This document shows positions 17,563 through 26,929 of a DNA stretch of 64,000 nt, in pieces. The notes below the pieces were generated by a model. It saw only the letters and a list, made by a program, of their open reading frames with translations, was not told where the DNA came from and did no database searches. Within the stretch, counting starts at the first letter, position 1. Each line of letters opens with the position of its first letter. The DNA is from Actinomycetota bacterium. Lineage in GTDB: Bacteria; Actinomycetota; UBA4738. Made by a program: the position numbers and the translations under genes. The stretch is from contig DATABA010000031.1 of assembly GCA_036259835.1 (NCBI GenBank), forward strand, positions 472 to 64,471, read 5' to 3'.

Positions 17563-18177
17563 CTACGGTTCGGTCTCCGATTCCCGGCTCTCCTGGTACG
17601 AATACCGCTCCTCCCGCCAGGGATCCGCGTGGTTGTGGTACCCACGAACCTCCCAAAATCCGCGCCGGTTTTCTGCGGTCAGCTCGACGGCCCGAACCCA
17701 TTTCGCGCTCTTCCACGCATACCGCTTGGGGACCACCAGTCGAAGCGGGAAACCGTGCTCAGGAGCGAGGGGCTCTCCTCGGTTCCCCCACGCAAGAAGG
17801 ACGTCGTCATCCATCATCGCCTCGAGCGAGAGATTCGACGTATACCCGTGGTCGCAGTGCGCCACGACCCACGCCGCTTCCGGCTTGGGCCGAGCGCGCT
17901 CGGCGATGGTCCGGAACGGAACCCCTTCCCACTCGTTGTCCAGGGTCGTCCACCCGGTCACGCAGTGCATGTCGGCGCCCACCCTTGTCGGTCCAAGTGC
18001 CTTGAGCTCCGAGTAGCTCAGCGTGTACTCCTCCTCCACGGCCCCGAAGACCCTGAAGTCCCACGTCGCCTCGTCGAACCGCGGGATCGCGCCGTAATGC
18101 AGAACGGGCCACCCCTTCACCAGGCGCTGACCGGGCGGAATCCGGACCGCGATCTCTTCGGGATACCTGCGGGCCAT
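17563..18177 (-). CDS. Sulfite-oxidase-like molybdopterin-binding oxidoreductase (small cytoplasmic type)
   Basis: ..MHCVTGWTTLDNEWEGVPF.., ..GEPLAPEHGFPLRLVVPKRYAWKSAKWV.., ..RGFWEVRGYH.. are typical of the oxidoreductase molybdopterin-binding domain. Start taken at MARRYPEE, just after the ltaE stop. Confidence 0.8.
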   Translation of the reverse strand: MARRYPEEIAVRIPPGQRLVKGWPVLHYGAIPRFDEATWDFRVFGAVEEEYTLSYSELKALGPTRVGADMHCVTGWTTLDNEWEGVPFRTIAERARPKPEAAWVVAHCDHGYTSNLSLEAMMDDDVLLAWGNRGEPLAPEHGFPLRLVVPKRYAWKSAKWVRAVELTAENRRGFWEVRGYHNHADPWREERYSYQESRESETEP

Positions 18178-18179
18178 CG

Positions 18180-19232
18180 CTACGCGTCCTGCCCTCGTTT
18201 GAGATCTGCGGTGACCCTGTGCCAAGCCGCGACCGCCGTGTCAACGTCGCCGGCGGAAACGTCGCGATGCGTCACGAACCTGAGTTTTCCCGCGACGACG
18301 TTCGCCAGGACATCGTGTTCCCGCAACCGGCCCATGAGGTCGACCGTGGAGATCCCAAGGGAGGCCGGGTCGACGAAAACGATGTTGGTTTCCACGCCGC
18401 CGGGATCCACCGAACCCGGGGTCGCCTCGGCGATCCCTTCGGCAAGCCGCCGGGCGTTTGCGTGATCCTCCTCCAGCCGGCCCGGCCCTTCCTCCAGTGC
18501 GACCAGTCCTGCGGCCGCCACCACGCCAGCCTGTCGCCACGCCCCTCCGAACAGGATTTTGACCCGCCTCGCTTCCTGGACGAACGCTTCCGACCCGCAC
18601 AGGACCGACCCAATCGGCGCTCCGAGCCCCTTCGACAGCGACAGCATCATGGTGTCCACTTCGGCCGCGTACTCCCCGACCGGTGTCCCGCTGGCCACGC
18701 TGGCATTGAAGATCCGGGCGCCGTCCAGATAGACCGGAACACCGGCCTCATCCGTGACCTTCCGGATCGCCCGGAGTTCGTCCGCCGGCATGACGGTCCC
18801 GCCACCGACCTGGTGCGTGTTCTCGAGAGACACGAGGTCGACTACCCGGACGTCGAACGGGTCCGGCACCAGCGCCTGCGCGACCATGTCCGCGGTGAGC
18901 TGGCCTCTCGAGGCCGCGATCGGCCGAAAGGCGATTCCGGAGAGCACCGCCGCCGAGTGAAGCTCCACCGTTGAGACGTGCGACGTCCCCTCACACACCA
19001 CGAAGTGCCCGGAGCGAACGAACACGTGAAGCGCGATCTCGTTCGCCATCGTTCCGGTGGCCACATACAGCGCCGCTTCCTTGCCCGTGATCTCGGCGCA
19101 GCGCTCCTGGAGCCGGTTTACCGTGGGATCGTCGCCGTACCAGTCGTCTCCGACCTCCGCCTCTGCCATGGCCGTTCGCATGGCCGGTGTGGGCCGGGTC
19201 ACCGTATCGGAACGCAGGTCGATCGGCCGCAT
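18180..19232 (-). CDS. ltaE: Low-specificity L-threonine aldolase (PLP enzyme)
   Basis: N-terminus IDLRSDTVTRPTPAMRTAMAEAEVGDDWYGDDPTVNRLQE, PLP-Lys region ..LSLSKGLGAP... Length 350 aa. Confidence 0.85.
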   Translation of the reverse strand: MRPIDLRSDTVTRPTPAMRTAMAEAEVGDDWYGDDPTVNRLQERCAEITGKEAALYVATGTMANEIALHVFVRSGHFVVCEGTSHVSTVELHSAAVLSGIAFRPIAASRGQLTADMVAQALVPDPFDVRVVDLVSLENTHQVGGGTVMPADELRAIRKVTDEAGVPVYLDGARIFNASVASGTPVGEYAAEVDTMMLSLSKGLGAPIGSVLCGSEAFVQEARRVKILFGGAWRQAGVVAAAGLVALEEGPGRLEEDHANARRLAEGIAEATPGSVDPGGVETNIVFVDPASLGISTVDLMGRLREHDVLANVVAGKLRFVTHRDVSAGDVDTAVAAWHRVTADLKRGQDA

Positions 19233-20542
19233 CAGTCGGGTCCGTACATCTGGACGAGATAGCCGAAGCGGTCGCGGAAGGCCTCAGGGCTCATGTTGGC
19301 CGCGGCGGCGATCGGTTTGAGCTTCTCCGGATCGTCGAGGTCCTCCTGTTCCAGACGGATCATGTATTCGGTCGCCACTCGGTATGTCCCGCTGCCTATG
19401 TTCACTTCCCGTGTCCGCGGACGGCCGGTCTGAGGATCGGTGAAGGACCCGAACGGCAGGGGAACCATGTGGTCCTCCTGGATGGTGATCATCGCGCCGT
19501 GCTCCGGACGACCCGAGTCCATGAGACCGCGGAGATAATCGATGGCACCGTATCCCAGGTCCCTGGTGTAGCCGATGTCGAAGGGAATGGGCGGGGCGCA
19601 CCGGAGCTCGTAGCCGATGTTCTTCGGCGTGATGGTGATCTTCTGACCACGAGCCTTGAACCGTGCCCGGACCATGTCGGCCAGGACACTGTCGAGGACC
19701 AGCTCGCCCAAGCGGATGTGACCGTGCTCGTCGCGTTCGATGTTCGGCATGGCGGCGGACAGCTCCTCCTCGGAGAGCCGCAGCGCGATCCCCTCGGAGA
19801 AGACCGCCACGCCAAACGGACGGCCGTGTGCGATTCGCTTCAGGATGGATGTCTCGAGCAGGTCGACCAGGTGATCGAGCCGAATGGGCGCGTCCTTGGC
19901 GAACTCCTCTGCAATTACGGTGAGGGTCGCACCGGCCGCCTTGCCGATGCCCACCGCCAGGTGACCGGCGGACCGTCCCATGGCCAGCACGAAGAACCAT
20001 CGCCTGGTCGTCATGGCGTCCGTCATGAGGTTGTTCACCAGCTCGACGCCGACCGACCGCGCCGTCTCGAAACCGAACGTCTGGATTCCTCCCGGGAGCG
20101 GCAGGTCGTTGTCGATGGTCTTCGGAACGTGAGCCACTCTGATCCGTCCGCCCGCCGCCTCCGCGACCTTCGAGGCCGAAAAGGCAGTGTCGTCCCCGCC
20201 AATCGTGACGAGCACGTTGACGCCGAGCCCCTCCAGCGCCTTGAGGGTGTTCGACATGCGCCAATCGGGGTCGGTTGCGGTCGGATCGGGCACAGTGGGA
20301 TTCGCTCGCGAGGTGAACAGCACCGATCCGCCCATTTGATGAATGCGGGAAACGTCGGCGATCCCTAGGTGCTGAACGTGCGCCGTCGAGCCTTCGATGA
20401 GGTGCTGAAAGCCGTCCAGAATGCCGACCACGTTCCAGCCGCTATTGACGGCTTCAATGGTTGCTGCTGAGATGACGGAATTGATGCCAGGAGCCGGACC
20501 TCCCCCGCACAGTATGCCGAGCGTGACATTGCGCTGGCTCAT
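19232..20542 (-). CDS. 6-phosphofructokinase, probably PPi-dependent type
   Basis: GILCGGGPAPGINSVI, TIGGDDT (Asp at the position that is Gly in ATP-PFKs), PKTIDNDL. Start taken at MSQRNVT (internal Met of track ORF 19232..20707). Confidence 0.85.
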   Translation of the reverse strand: MSQRNVTLGILCGGGPAPGINSVISAATIEAVNSGWNVVGILDGFQHLIEGSTAHVQHLGIADVSRIHQMGGSVLFTSRANPTVPDPTATDPDWRMSNTLKALEGLGVNVLVTIGGDDTAFSASKVAEAAGGRIRVAHVPKTIDNDLPLPGGIQTFGFETARSVGVELVNNLMTDAMTTRRWFFVLAMGRSAGHLAVGIGKAAGATLTVIAEEFAKDAPIRLDHLVDLLETSILKRIAHGRPFGVAVFSEGIALRLSEEELSAAMPNIERDEHGHIRLGELVLDSVLADMVRARFKARGQKITITPKNIGYELRCAPPIPFDIGYTRDLGYGAIDYLRGLMDSGRPEHGAMITIQEDHMVPLPFGSFTDPQTGRPRTREVNIGSGTYRVATEYMIRLEQEDLDDPEKLKPIAAAANMSPEAFRDRFGYLVQMYGPD

Positions 20543-20628
20543 GGACGTCGGCCGCGACTGTACCTCAAGGCGAGTGCAGGGAGAACCGATGGAGCAACTG
20601 GCGTCGACCCATACAGCCAGGGAACTCC

Positions 20629-21687
20629 ATGCGAACCAAATCCGCTCTCGTGCTGGCGCTCGCCCTGACGGCGACCCCAGCGTTTCCGGCGCGGGCCACC
20701 TCCCCATTCTCGTCTGACCCGCCGCTCTTCCAGACGACCGGGACTGGGCCTCAGGCCGAGACCTCCATTCAGGACGTCCTCAGCCGGCTGCGGGAGATGA
20801 CGGACGAGTACCGGCGAATTCAGGAGGGGCTGGAACAGGCCGCGACCGACCTTAAGCTGACCGCGCGGCGGCGTGACGACCTCAGCGCGCAGCTTGTCCA
20901 GGCACAGGACGATCTGGATGGCGAGGCCGTCCGGGTCTATCGGGAGGGCGCCGGCACCGCGCTCGAGCTCATCCTCGGAGCGGAGACCACCAGCGACCTG
21001 GCGGCAATCGGTCAGATCACCAATCGAACGCTGGAGGTCCGGAACCAGACCATCGAGCGGGTGACGTATTTGCGCTCGGCAGCCAACCAGACGCAGAGCC
21101 TGCTCCGCGCGCGTCAAACCGAACTGCAGTCGTCTGCCCGACGGCTCCGAACGCTCGCATCCCGGATCTTCGCGGGATTGGATCGCGCGCAGGCCATCGC
21201 CGTTCAGTCCGGTCTGGCCCAGAGCGGCCTTCTGGAGCAACAGCAGGCGTTCGAGGAACTGACCGGCGAAGCGGCAAACAGCCTTTCGGCGTTGGTCGCG
21301 GTGGCAACCGGGGCGAATCAAGTTGGTTCCCTCTCGCTTCTCGGTCCGACCGGCGGGCGAACGTGCGCGATTCCGAGTGGGCTGCGCCCGACGGGACAGA
21401 CGCTCGCGGGCCAGGCGTCCTACTACGGGTGGGAGCTCGCTGGAAACCACACCGCCAGTGGAGCGGTGTTCGATCCGCGGCTCTTCACCGCCGCGCACAA
21501 AACGCTGCCACTCGGAACGTTCCTGCGGGTTCAGTACGGAGGACGCTGCGCCGTCGTCCTGGTCAACGACCGCGGGCCATACGTCGGTCCGAGAATCATC
21601 GACCTCTCTCAGGGCGCGGCGGAATACCTCGGCATGCTTTCGTCCGGCGTCGGCTACGTGACGGCCGAAATCCTGGTCCCCGCGTAA
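20629..21687 (+). CDS. Secreted RlpA-like (DPBB) protein with long coiled-coil N-domain
   Basis: Signal peptide MRTKSALVLALALTATPAFPARA. A ~230-aa Gln/Leu/Arg-rich helical region is followed by a C-terminal DPBB domain (GQASYYGWELAGNHTASGAVFDP..AAHKTLPLGTFLRV...VLVNDRGPYV..RIIDLS). Confidence 0.75.
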   Translation: MRTKSALVLALALTATPAFPARATSPFSSDPPLFQTTGTGPQAETSIQDVLSRLREMTDEYRRIQEGLEQAATDLKLTARRRDDLSAQLVQAQDDLDGEAVRVYREGAGTALELILGAETTSDLAAIGQITNRTLEVRNQTIERVTYLRSAANQTQSLLRARQTELQSSARRLRTLASRIFAGLDRAQAIAVQSGLAQSGLLEQQQAFEELTGEAANSLSALVAVATGANQVGSLSLLGPTGGRTCAIPSGLRPTGQTLAGQASYYGWELAGNHTASGAVFDPRLFTAAHKTLPLGTFLRVQYGGRCAVVLVNDRGPYVGPRIIDLSQGAAEYLGMLSSGVGYVTAEILVPA

Positions 21688-21716
21688 CCCGAAGCACCGA
21701 ACAGCGCTGCGATAGC

Positions 21717-23222
21717 ATGCGCGCGGTGGCGCGGATCCTTTCCATCGATGCCGGCACGACGGGCGTCAAATCGCTGGTCGTCGACGAGAACGGGGCGGTC
21801 CTCGGCTCCGGGTATCGCGAATTCCCCCAGAGCTTTCCGCGCCCTGGATGGGTGGAACACGACCCGGATGACTGGTGGACCGCGACCATCGAATCATCGG
21901 GGCAAGCGCTGGCAGCGACCGGGACCGAGCCGTCTTCGGTGACAGCGATCGGCATCACGAACCAGCGCGAGACGACGGTGATTTGGGAGCGGGCGTCGTT
22001 CAAACCCATTTACCCCGCCATCGTGTGGCAGGACCGGCGAACGGCACCTCTGTGCGACACACTCCGCGAGGAGGGTTGGACCGAACGCATTCGAGACCGG
22101 ACCGGCCTGGTGATTGACCCGTACTTCTCCGGCACCAAGGTGGCCTGGCTACTGGACAACGTTCCCGACGTACGGAAGGAGGCGGCAACCGGTGCCCTCG
22201 CCTACGGAACCGTCGACTCGTACCTGCTGGCCCGGCTGACTGGTGGACGAGTCCACGCCACCGAATGGACGAACGCGTCCCGGTCCATGCTCTTTGACAT
22301 TCACAAGCTCGATTGGGAACCGGAGATCATGGAACGCCTGGATGTCCCGCGGGCCTTGCTTCCCGCCGTGGGCCCGTCATCCGGGCGGTTCGGGATCACC
22401 GATCCCAATGCATTTCTCGGCCTGGAGGTACCGGTGTCGGGAATGGCCGGCGACCAACAGGCGGCGCTGTTCGGCCAGGCATGCTTCGAGCCCGGCGCGA
22501 CCAAGAACACGTACGGAACCGGATCGTTCGTCCTGATGAACACGGGAGATCGGCCGCCGCAGTCGAGCGGTCGCGTCATCGCCACGATGGCGTGCGGTCA
22601 CGGAGAGGCGTCCGCGTACGCGCTCGAGGGTTCGATCTTCGTCACGGGGGCGGCCATCCAGTGGCTCAGAGATGGCCTCCAGATCATTGAACGAGCCGAC
22701 CAGACCGGTTCGTTGGCGGCCTCCGTGCCCGACAGCGGCGGCGTCTATTTCGTCCCGGCACTCACTGGGCTCGGGGCTCCATGGTGGGATGCCTACGCGC
22801 GCGGCACCATCGTCGGTATCACTCGTGGTACCACGCGCGCTCATGTGGTTCGGGCGGCCGTCGAAGCGATGGCCTACCAAACGCGCGATGTAGTCGAGGC
22901 GATGCTGGCCGATGGCGACGTTCCACTGGTCGAACTGCGCGTGGACGGAGGAGCCAGCGTGATGGACCTTCTCCTCCAGTTTCAGGCCGACCTGCTGGGA
23001 GTTCCGGTTCGGCGCGCCGCCGTCCAGGAGACCACGGCCCTTGGAGCGGCCTATCTCGCCGGTCTGGCCGAAGGCGTGTGGACCACTGTGGGTGAGCTGT
23101 CCGGCCTGTGGCGCGAGGACCGTGCGTTCGAACCGGGCGACTCGGCTCGAGCGAACGAAGGCTACGCCGGATGGCGACGAGCGGTCGAGCGTTCGCTCGG
23201 CTGGATCACGGACAGGACCTAG
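21717..23222 (+). CDS. glpK: Glycerol kinase
   Basis: ILSIDAGTTGVKS.., ..GITNQRETTVIWE.., ..GDQQAALFGQ.., ..TYGTGSF... ATG at 21717 in the frame of track ORF 21363..23222. Confidence 0.9.
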   Translation: MRAVARILSIDAGTTGVKSLVVDENGAVLGSGYREFPQSFPRPGWVEHDPDDWWTATIESSGQALAATGTEPSSVTAIGITNQRETTVIWERASFKPIYPAIVWQDRRTAPLCDTLREEGWTERIRDRTGLVIDPYFSGTKVAWLLDNVPDVRKEAATGALAYGTVDSYLLARLTGGRVHATEWTNASRSMLFDIHKLDWEPEIMERLDVPRALLPAVGPSSGRFGITDPNAFLGLEVPVSGMAGDQQAALFGQACFEPGATKNTYGTGSFVLMNTGDRPPQSSGRVIATMACGHGEASAYALEGSIFVTGAAIQWLRDGLQIIERADQTGSLAASVPDSGGVYFVPALTGLGAPWWDAYARGTIVGITRGTTRAHVVRAAVEAMAYQTRDVVEAMLADGDVPLVELRVDGGASVMDLLLQFQADLLGVPVRRAAVQETTALGAAYLAGLAEGVWTTVGELSGLWREDRAFEPGDSARANEGYAGWRRAVERSLGWITDRT

Positions 23223-23248
23223 ACCGGATCCCGCCTAGCCGGGCTGCG

Positions 23249-23998
23249 CTACGAGCGAGGAGCGCCGGCCCGCTCAGCGGGCTGCACGGGAGTCGGCTCC
23301 GCCTCTTTCGTGGCCTCTTCGCCTCTGGGTTGCTGAGTGAGCTGCTCCTTGAGCTTCGACGCGTACTCGTCCACGTATTCCTGTCCCGACAGCAGCATGA
23401 TCTCGTACATGATCTCGTCGGTTACGGACCTGAGAACGAAGCGGTCGGCCGGCGTGTCGAAGTGCCGGTCGAACCGAAGGGGTTTTCCGAACCGCACCTC
23501 CGTTTGGCCGGCCTTCGGGATCTTGCGGTCGTAGGGCATGAGCTCGTAGGTGCCGATCAACGCTGCCGGGATCACCGGAACTCGCGCCTCGAGCGCCATA
23601 CGGGCAACGCCGGTCTTGCCGCGGTACAACCTGCCGTCCGGTGACCTGGTGCCTTCGGGGAAGATCCCCACGAGCTTTCCTTCCCGAAGAGCGCTCACGC
23701 CCGCCCGAAGCGCGTCTTCCGCCGCCGACTTGCTCTCCCGGCGAACCGGGATGACGTTCGCGCCCTTGAAGAACCATCGGAGATACCACTTGTCGAAGTA
23801 TTCGGCTTTGGCCAGGAACACGACCTTCCGCTTCGGCACGACCAACGGAAGGAGGAGGTCATCGAGGAACGACTGGTGGTTCGCCGCGATGATCGCCGGA
23901 CCATCGGCGGGAATGTTTTCGAGCCCTGAGGCCCTGGGACGGTAAAGCAGGCGCAGGAGGGGGCCGAGTAGCACGAACTTCATCAGCCACCAAAACAT
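23249..23998 (-). CDS. plsC: 1-acyl-sn-glycerol-3-phosphate acyltransferase
   Basis: HX4D motif (ANHQSFLDD), FPEGTRS motif, N-terminal TM helix MFWWLMKFVLLGPLL. SD GGGAGGAAAGC precedes the ATG at 23998. Confidence 0.85.
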   Translation of the reverse strand: MFWWLMKFVLLGPLLRLLYRPRASGLENIPADGPAIIAANHQSFLDDLLLPLVVPKRKVVFLAKAEYFDKWYLRWFFKGANVIPVRRESKSAAEDALRAGVSALREGKLVGIFPEGTRSPDGRLYRGKTGVARMALEARVPVIPAALIGTYELMPYDRKIPKAGQTEVRFGKPLRFDRHFDTPADRFVLRSVTDEIMYEIMLLSGQEYVDEYASKLKEQLTQQPRGEEATKEAEPTPVQPAERAGAPRS

Positions 23999-24088
23999 GC
24001 TTTCCTCCCGCTCACAGACCGCCGCGAGGGCCGCGGCGTTACGCTCTATATAGACTACTTCCCGACCTAATCGGAGGGAAACGCGCAG

Positions 24089-24214
24089 GTGATCGGGTTC
24101 GGAGTGCTCGAATGGACCTTTGTCGCCGTCCTGGTCGTGCTGGTCGGTGCGGCGGGAGTATTCGCGTTGTTTCTCCTGTTTCAGCTCTTCCAGACACATT
24201 CGCGGCGCGGGTGA
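24089..24214 (+). CDS. Candidate 41-aa single-TM small protein (below the ORF-track cutoff)
   Basis: GTG at 24089 preceded by GGAGGG. Product VIGFGVLEWTFVAVLVVLVGAAGVFALFLLFQLFQTHSRRG. Third-codon positions are G/C-rich. An AT-rich TATATAGACT patch lies upstream, and the ORF ends 27 nt before the esterase gene. Confidence 0.3.
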   Translation: MIGFGVLEWTFVAVLVVLVGAAGVFALFLLFQLFQTHSRRG

Positions 24215-24241
24215 TCAGCGAGAGCATCCGTACCGTTTGAG

Positions 24242-25012
24242 ATGGCAGACACGCGCCCTCGTCCAGGCTGTCTTCCGTTCCGCTTCGATGCGGGACCCGT
24301 TGGAGCGCTGCTGCAGCACGGCTTCAGCGGGTGCCCGGCGTCGATGCGTCCGATGGGCCAGTGGCTGAACGAGCGAGGGCTCTCCGTTGTCGGGCCTCGG
24401 CTCCCCGGACACGGAACGAGGTGGGAGGATCTCGAACAGGCAACCCTGGAAGACTGGGAGCAGGAGGCCGAGAGGGCTCTCGCGGACATCTCTTCCCGTT
24501 GTTCGACGGTGATCGCCGTGGGTCTCTCGTTCGGTGGGGCCATGGTGCTGCACTTGGCCGCGAAGCATCCCGACGTTGTGAAGGGCGTCGTGGCGATCAA
24601 CTGCGACCTGATCCGTCCGAAGTTGGCCCTGGTCCCGATCGCGCGTCGCTTCACTCGAACGGTCAAGGGCATTGGGAACGACATCAAGAAGCCGGGCCAG
24701 AACGAGTTGCCGTATGACCAAATTCCCCTTGCGGCGCTGGACCACCTCAGGCGGTTCTACGCCATGGTGAGGAAAGAGTTGCCGTCGGTCCGTGCTCCGC
24801 TCCGCGTATTCACCTCCACAGAGGACCACGTGGCGAAGACGGCGTCGTCACGCTACGTCCTTCGAAACGCCGGAAGCACTGACAAGGAGCAGGTCATGCT
24901 GACCAACTCGTACCACGTGGCGACGCTCGACTACGACGCCGAAATCATCTTCCAGGGCGTCCTGGACTTCGCGAACACGAAGGCGTCCGGCGCCGAACCG
25001 GCGCCGGCGTGA
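24242..25012 (+). CDS. Alpha/beta hydrolase (carboxylesterase / monoacylglycerol-lipase-like)
   Basis: 256 aa. Nucleophile elbow GLSFGG, HGFSG oxyanion region, C-terminal ..SYHVATLD.. (His). Confidence 0.8.
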   Translation: MADTRPRPGCLPFRFDAGPVGALLQHGFSGCPASMRPMGQWLNERGLSVVGPRLPGHGTRWEDLEQATLEDWEQEAERALADISSRCSTVIAVGLSFGGAMVLHLAAKHPDVVKGVVAINCDLIRPKLALVPIARRFTRTVKGIGNDIKKPGQNELPYDQIPLAALDHLRRFYAMVRKELPSVRAPLRVFTSTEDHVAKTASSRYVLRNAGSTDKEQVMLTNSYHVATLDYDAEIIFQGVLDFANTKASGAEPAPA

Positions 25013-25055
25013 CCACCGCGCCGACCGCCCCCGCGATCGCCCGCCGCGGCTAGCG

Positions 25056-25691
25056 ATGGCAGTCGTCACCGTCTCTCGGCAGTACGGCGCGGGCGGATTT
25101 CGAGTCGCTCGAGACCTCGCCGACGCCCTTGGGTTCCGCCTGGTCGACCGGGAGATCGTGGAAGAGGCAGCCAGGAGGATCGGCTGGGATCCGGAGGCCG
25201 CGAAAGCTCGCGACGAACGAGCGCCCGCGTTGGTGGAGGAGGTCGGAATGGCACTCGCCGGCGCGGGACATTCCGCTGGGGCCTGGCCTCCGTTGTTCGC
25301 TCCGCCGCCTTCGGTGGACGATCGGTCTCTGGCCCGTGCCACCGGTGCGGTGATCGCTTCTCTCGCCGACGCGGGTGACTACGTCATTCTCGGACGGGGC
25401 GGACAGGCGGTTTTGAAGGATCGACCCGGCGCATGCCACATCGCCCTGGTCGGAGACGTGGGCGATCGAGTCCGTCGGATCATGGAGTGGCAGGGCGTGG
25501 ACGAGCGTGAGGCGAGGTCGCGTTGTCACCGCGTGGATGCCGATCGGGCCGGCTACGTCCGCCGGTTCTACGGCGTCGACATCCGAGATCCGGCTCTCTA
25601 CGACTGTGTCCTCAACACGTCGCGCCTCGACCTCGAGCGCGCAGTTGCCGTCGCCGTGGTCGCGGCGAGGGAGAAGCTCAGCCTTACCTGA
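25056..25691 (+). CDS. Cytidylate-kinase-like family protein (P-loop-like)
   Basis: N-terminus VVTVSRQYGAGGFRVARDLADALGFRLVDREIVEEAARR is characteristic of this family. Length 211 aa. Confidence 0.7.
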   Translation: MAVVTVSRQYGAGGFRVARDLADALGFRLVDREIVEEAARRIGWDPEAAKARDERAPALVEEVGMALAGAGHSAGAWPPLFAPPPSVDDRSLARATGAVIASLADAGDYVILGRGGQAVLKDRPGACHIALVGDVGDRVRRIMEWQGVDEREARSRCHRVDADRAGYVRRFYGVDIRDPALYDCVLNTSRLDLERAVAVAVVAAREKLSLT

Positions 25692-26905
25692 TGGGAGCGT
25701 TCGACTCCCTCAGGTACAGGGATTACCGCCTCCTGTGGACCGGGGCGGTCCTGTCCAATATCGGCACGTGGATGCACCTGACCGCGCTGTCCTGGTACGT
25801 CTTCTTGCTCACCAGGTCGGCGTTTTGGGTCTCGTTCGCCACCTTCGCGAATTTCGTTCCTACGGTCCTATCCCCTCTCGCGGGCGTCTACACCGACGAG
25901 TTCGATCGGAAGAAGATGCTCGTCTACACCCAGCTGTTCATGATGGTGAGCGCGGGAGTCCTCGCCATCCTGGTGGCGACGCATCACGCGAATCTCTTTT
26001 GGGTGTTGGCCCTGACGTTCGCCCTCGGCATCGGGTTCACCTTCAACGGCACGACATGGCAGGCGTACATGCCGTCGCTCGTACCCCCCGAGTCGATGGT
26101 CAACGCGATCGCGCTGAACTCCGCGCAGTTCAGTGTGGCGAGGGTGATCGGTCCCGCGATCGCGGGCGTGCTACTGGGCCTTGCAGGCGCCGGGCTGATC
26201 TTCGGGATCAACGCGATTTCGTTCGTGGCCGTCCTTGTCGCCCTCGCGTTCATTCGCACGGGCTCCGTTCGGGCGCCGCAACGAAGAACCGTCCGAGATC
26301 TGCTGGTCGGAGGCTTCGACTACACATGGCGACACCGGCGGATCCGAGCCATGATTGTGGTCATCGCGGTGATGTCGTTCTTCGGTTCCCCCGTCACCGC
26401 GCTCCTTCCGATCTTCGCCGCCGACGTTTTCGGCCGGGGAGCGGCTGGCTACGGAACGCTGGCGGCGGCGATGGGCGTGGGAAGCGTCCTCGGGGCGCTG
26501 GCCCTTGGCCGCCGTGGGCACGTAACCCCGAGGCTCATCGCCGGAGCTCTGGTCGCGCTCGGGGTGACTTTGATTCTCTTCGCGTCCATCTCCGTGTTCT
26601 GGGCCGGTGCGGGCCTCCTGGTGCTGTTCGGTTCGGCCTTTCTCATCGTTGTTTCGGGCACCAACAGCGACATCCAGCTGCACGTGGACGAAGCCATGCG
26701 CGGCCGGGCGATCAGCGCATGGCTGTTGGCGTTTGGAACGACCTACCCCGCGGGATCGTTACTCGCCGGGCTCCTCGCGGAGATATGGGGAGCACCGGCG
26801 ACCATGGTCGTGGGCGGCGCCGTCTGCGCGGTTTCCGGTCTCGTCCTGTGGTGGCTTCCTCAGGAAGCGCTCAGAACCGAGGCTGAGCTCGGTCTCGGCA
26901 ATTGA
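25691..26905 (+). CDS. MFS transporter (EntS/DUF894-like)
   Basis: MGAFDSLRYRDYRLLWTGAVLSNIGTWM.. followed by 12 predicted TM helices. The ATG overlaps the upstream TGA by 1 nt. Confidence 0.85.
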   Translation: MGAFDSLRYRDYRLLWTGAVLSNIGTWMHLTALSWYVFLLTRSAFWVSFATFANFVPTVLSPLAGVYTDEFDRKKMLVYTQLFMMVSAGVLAILVATHHANLFWVLALTFALGIGFTFNGTTWQAYMPSLVPPESMVNAIALNSAQFSVARVIGPAIAGVLLGLAGAGLIFGINAISFVAVLVALAFIRTGSVRAPQRRTVRDLLVGGFDYTWRHRRIRAMIVVIAVMSFFGSPVTALLPIFAADVFGRGAAGYGTLAAAMGVGSVLGALALGRRGHVTPRLIAGALVALGVTLILFASISVFWAGAGLLVLFGSAFLIVVSGTNSDIQLHVDEAMRGRAISAWLLAFGTTYPAGSLLAGLLAEIWGAPATMVVGGAVCAVSGLVLWWLPQEALRTEAELGLGN

Positions 26906-26929
26906 CCCACATGGGCCGACGCCGATCCC

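Noticed and set aside
19187-20368. 393-aa plus-strand ORF
   Set aside because: It lies antisense to the phosphofructokinase gene, which has clear PFK motifs.
20543-20707. 55-aa N-terminal extension of the PFK ORF
   Set aside because: The extension (MGRWPAPETLGSPSGRAPARE...) is unconserved and Arg/Pro/Trp-rich. The conserved PFK N-terminus begins at MSQRNVTLGILCGGG.
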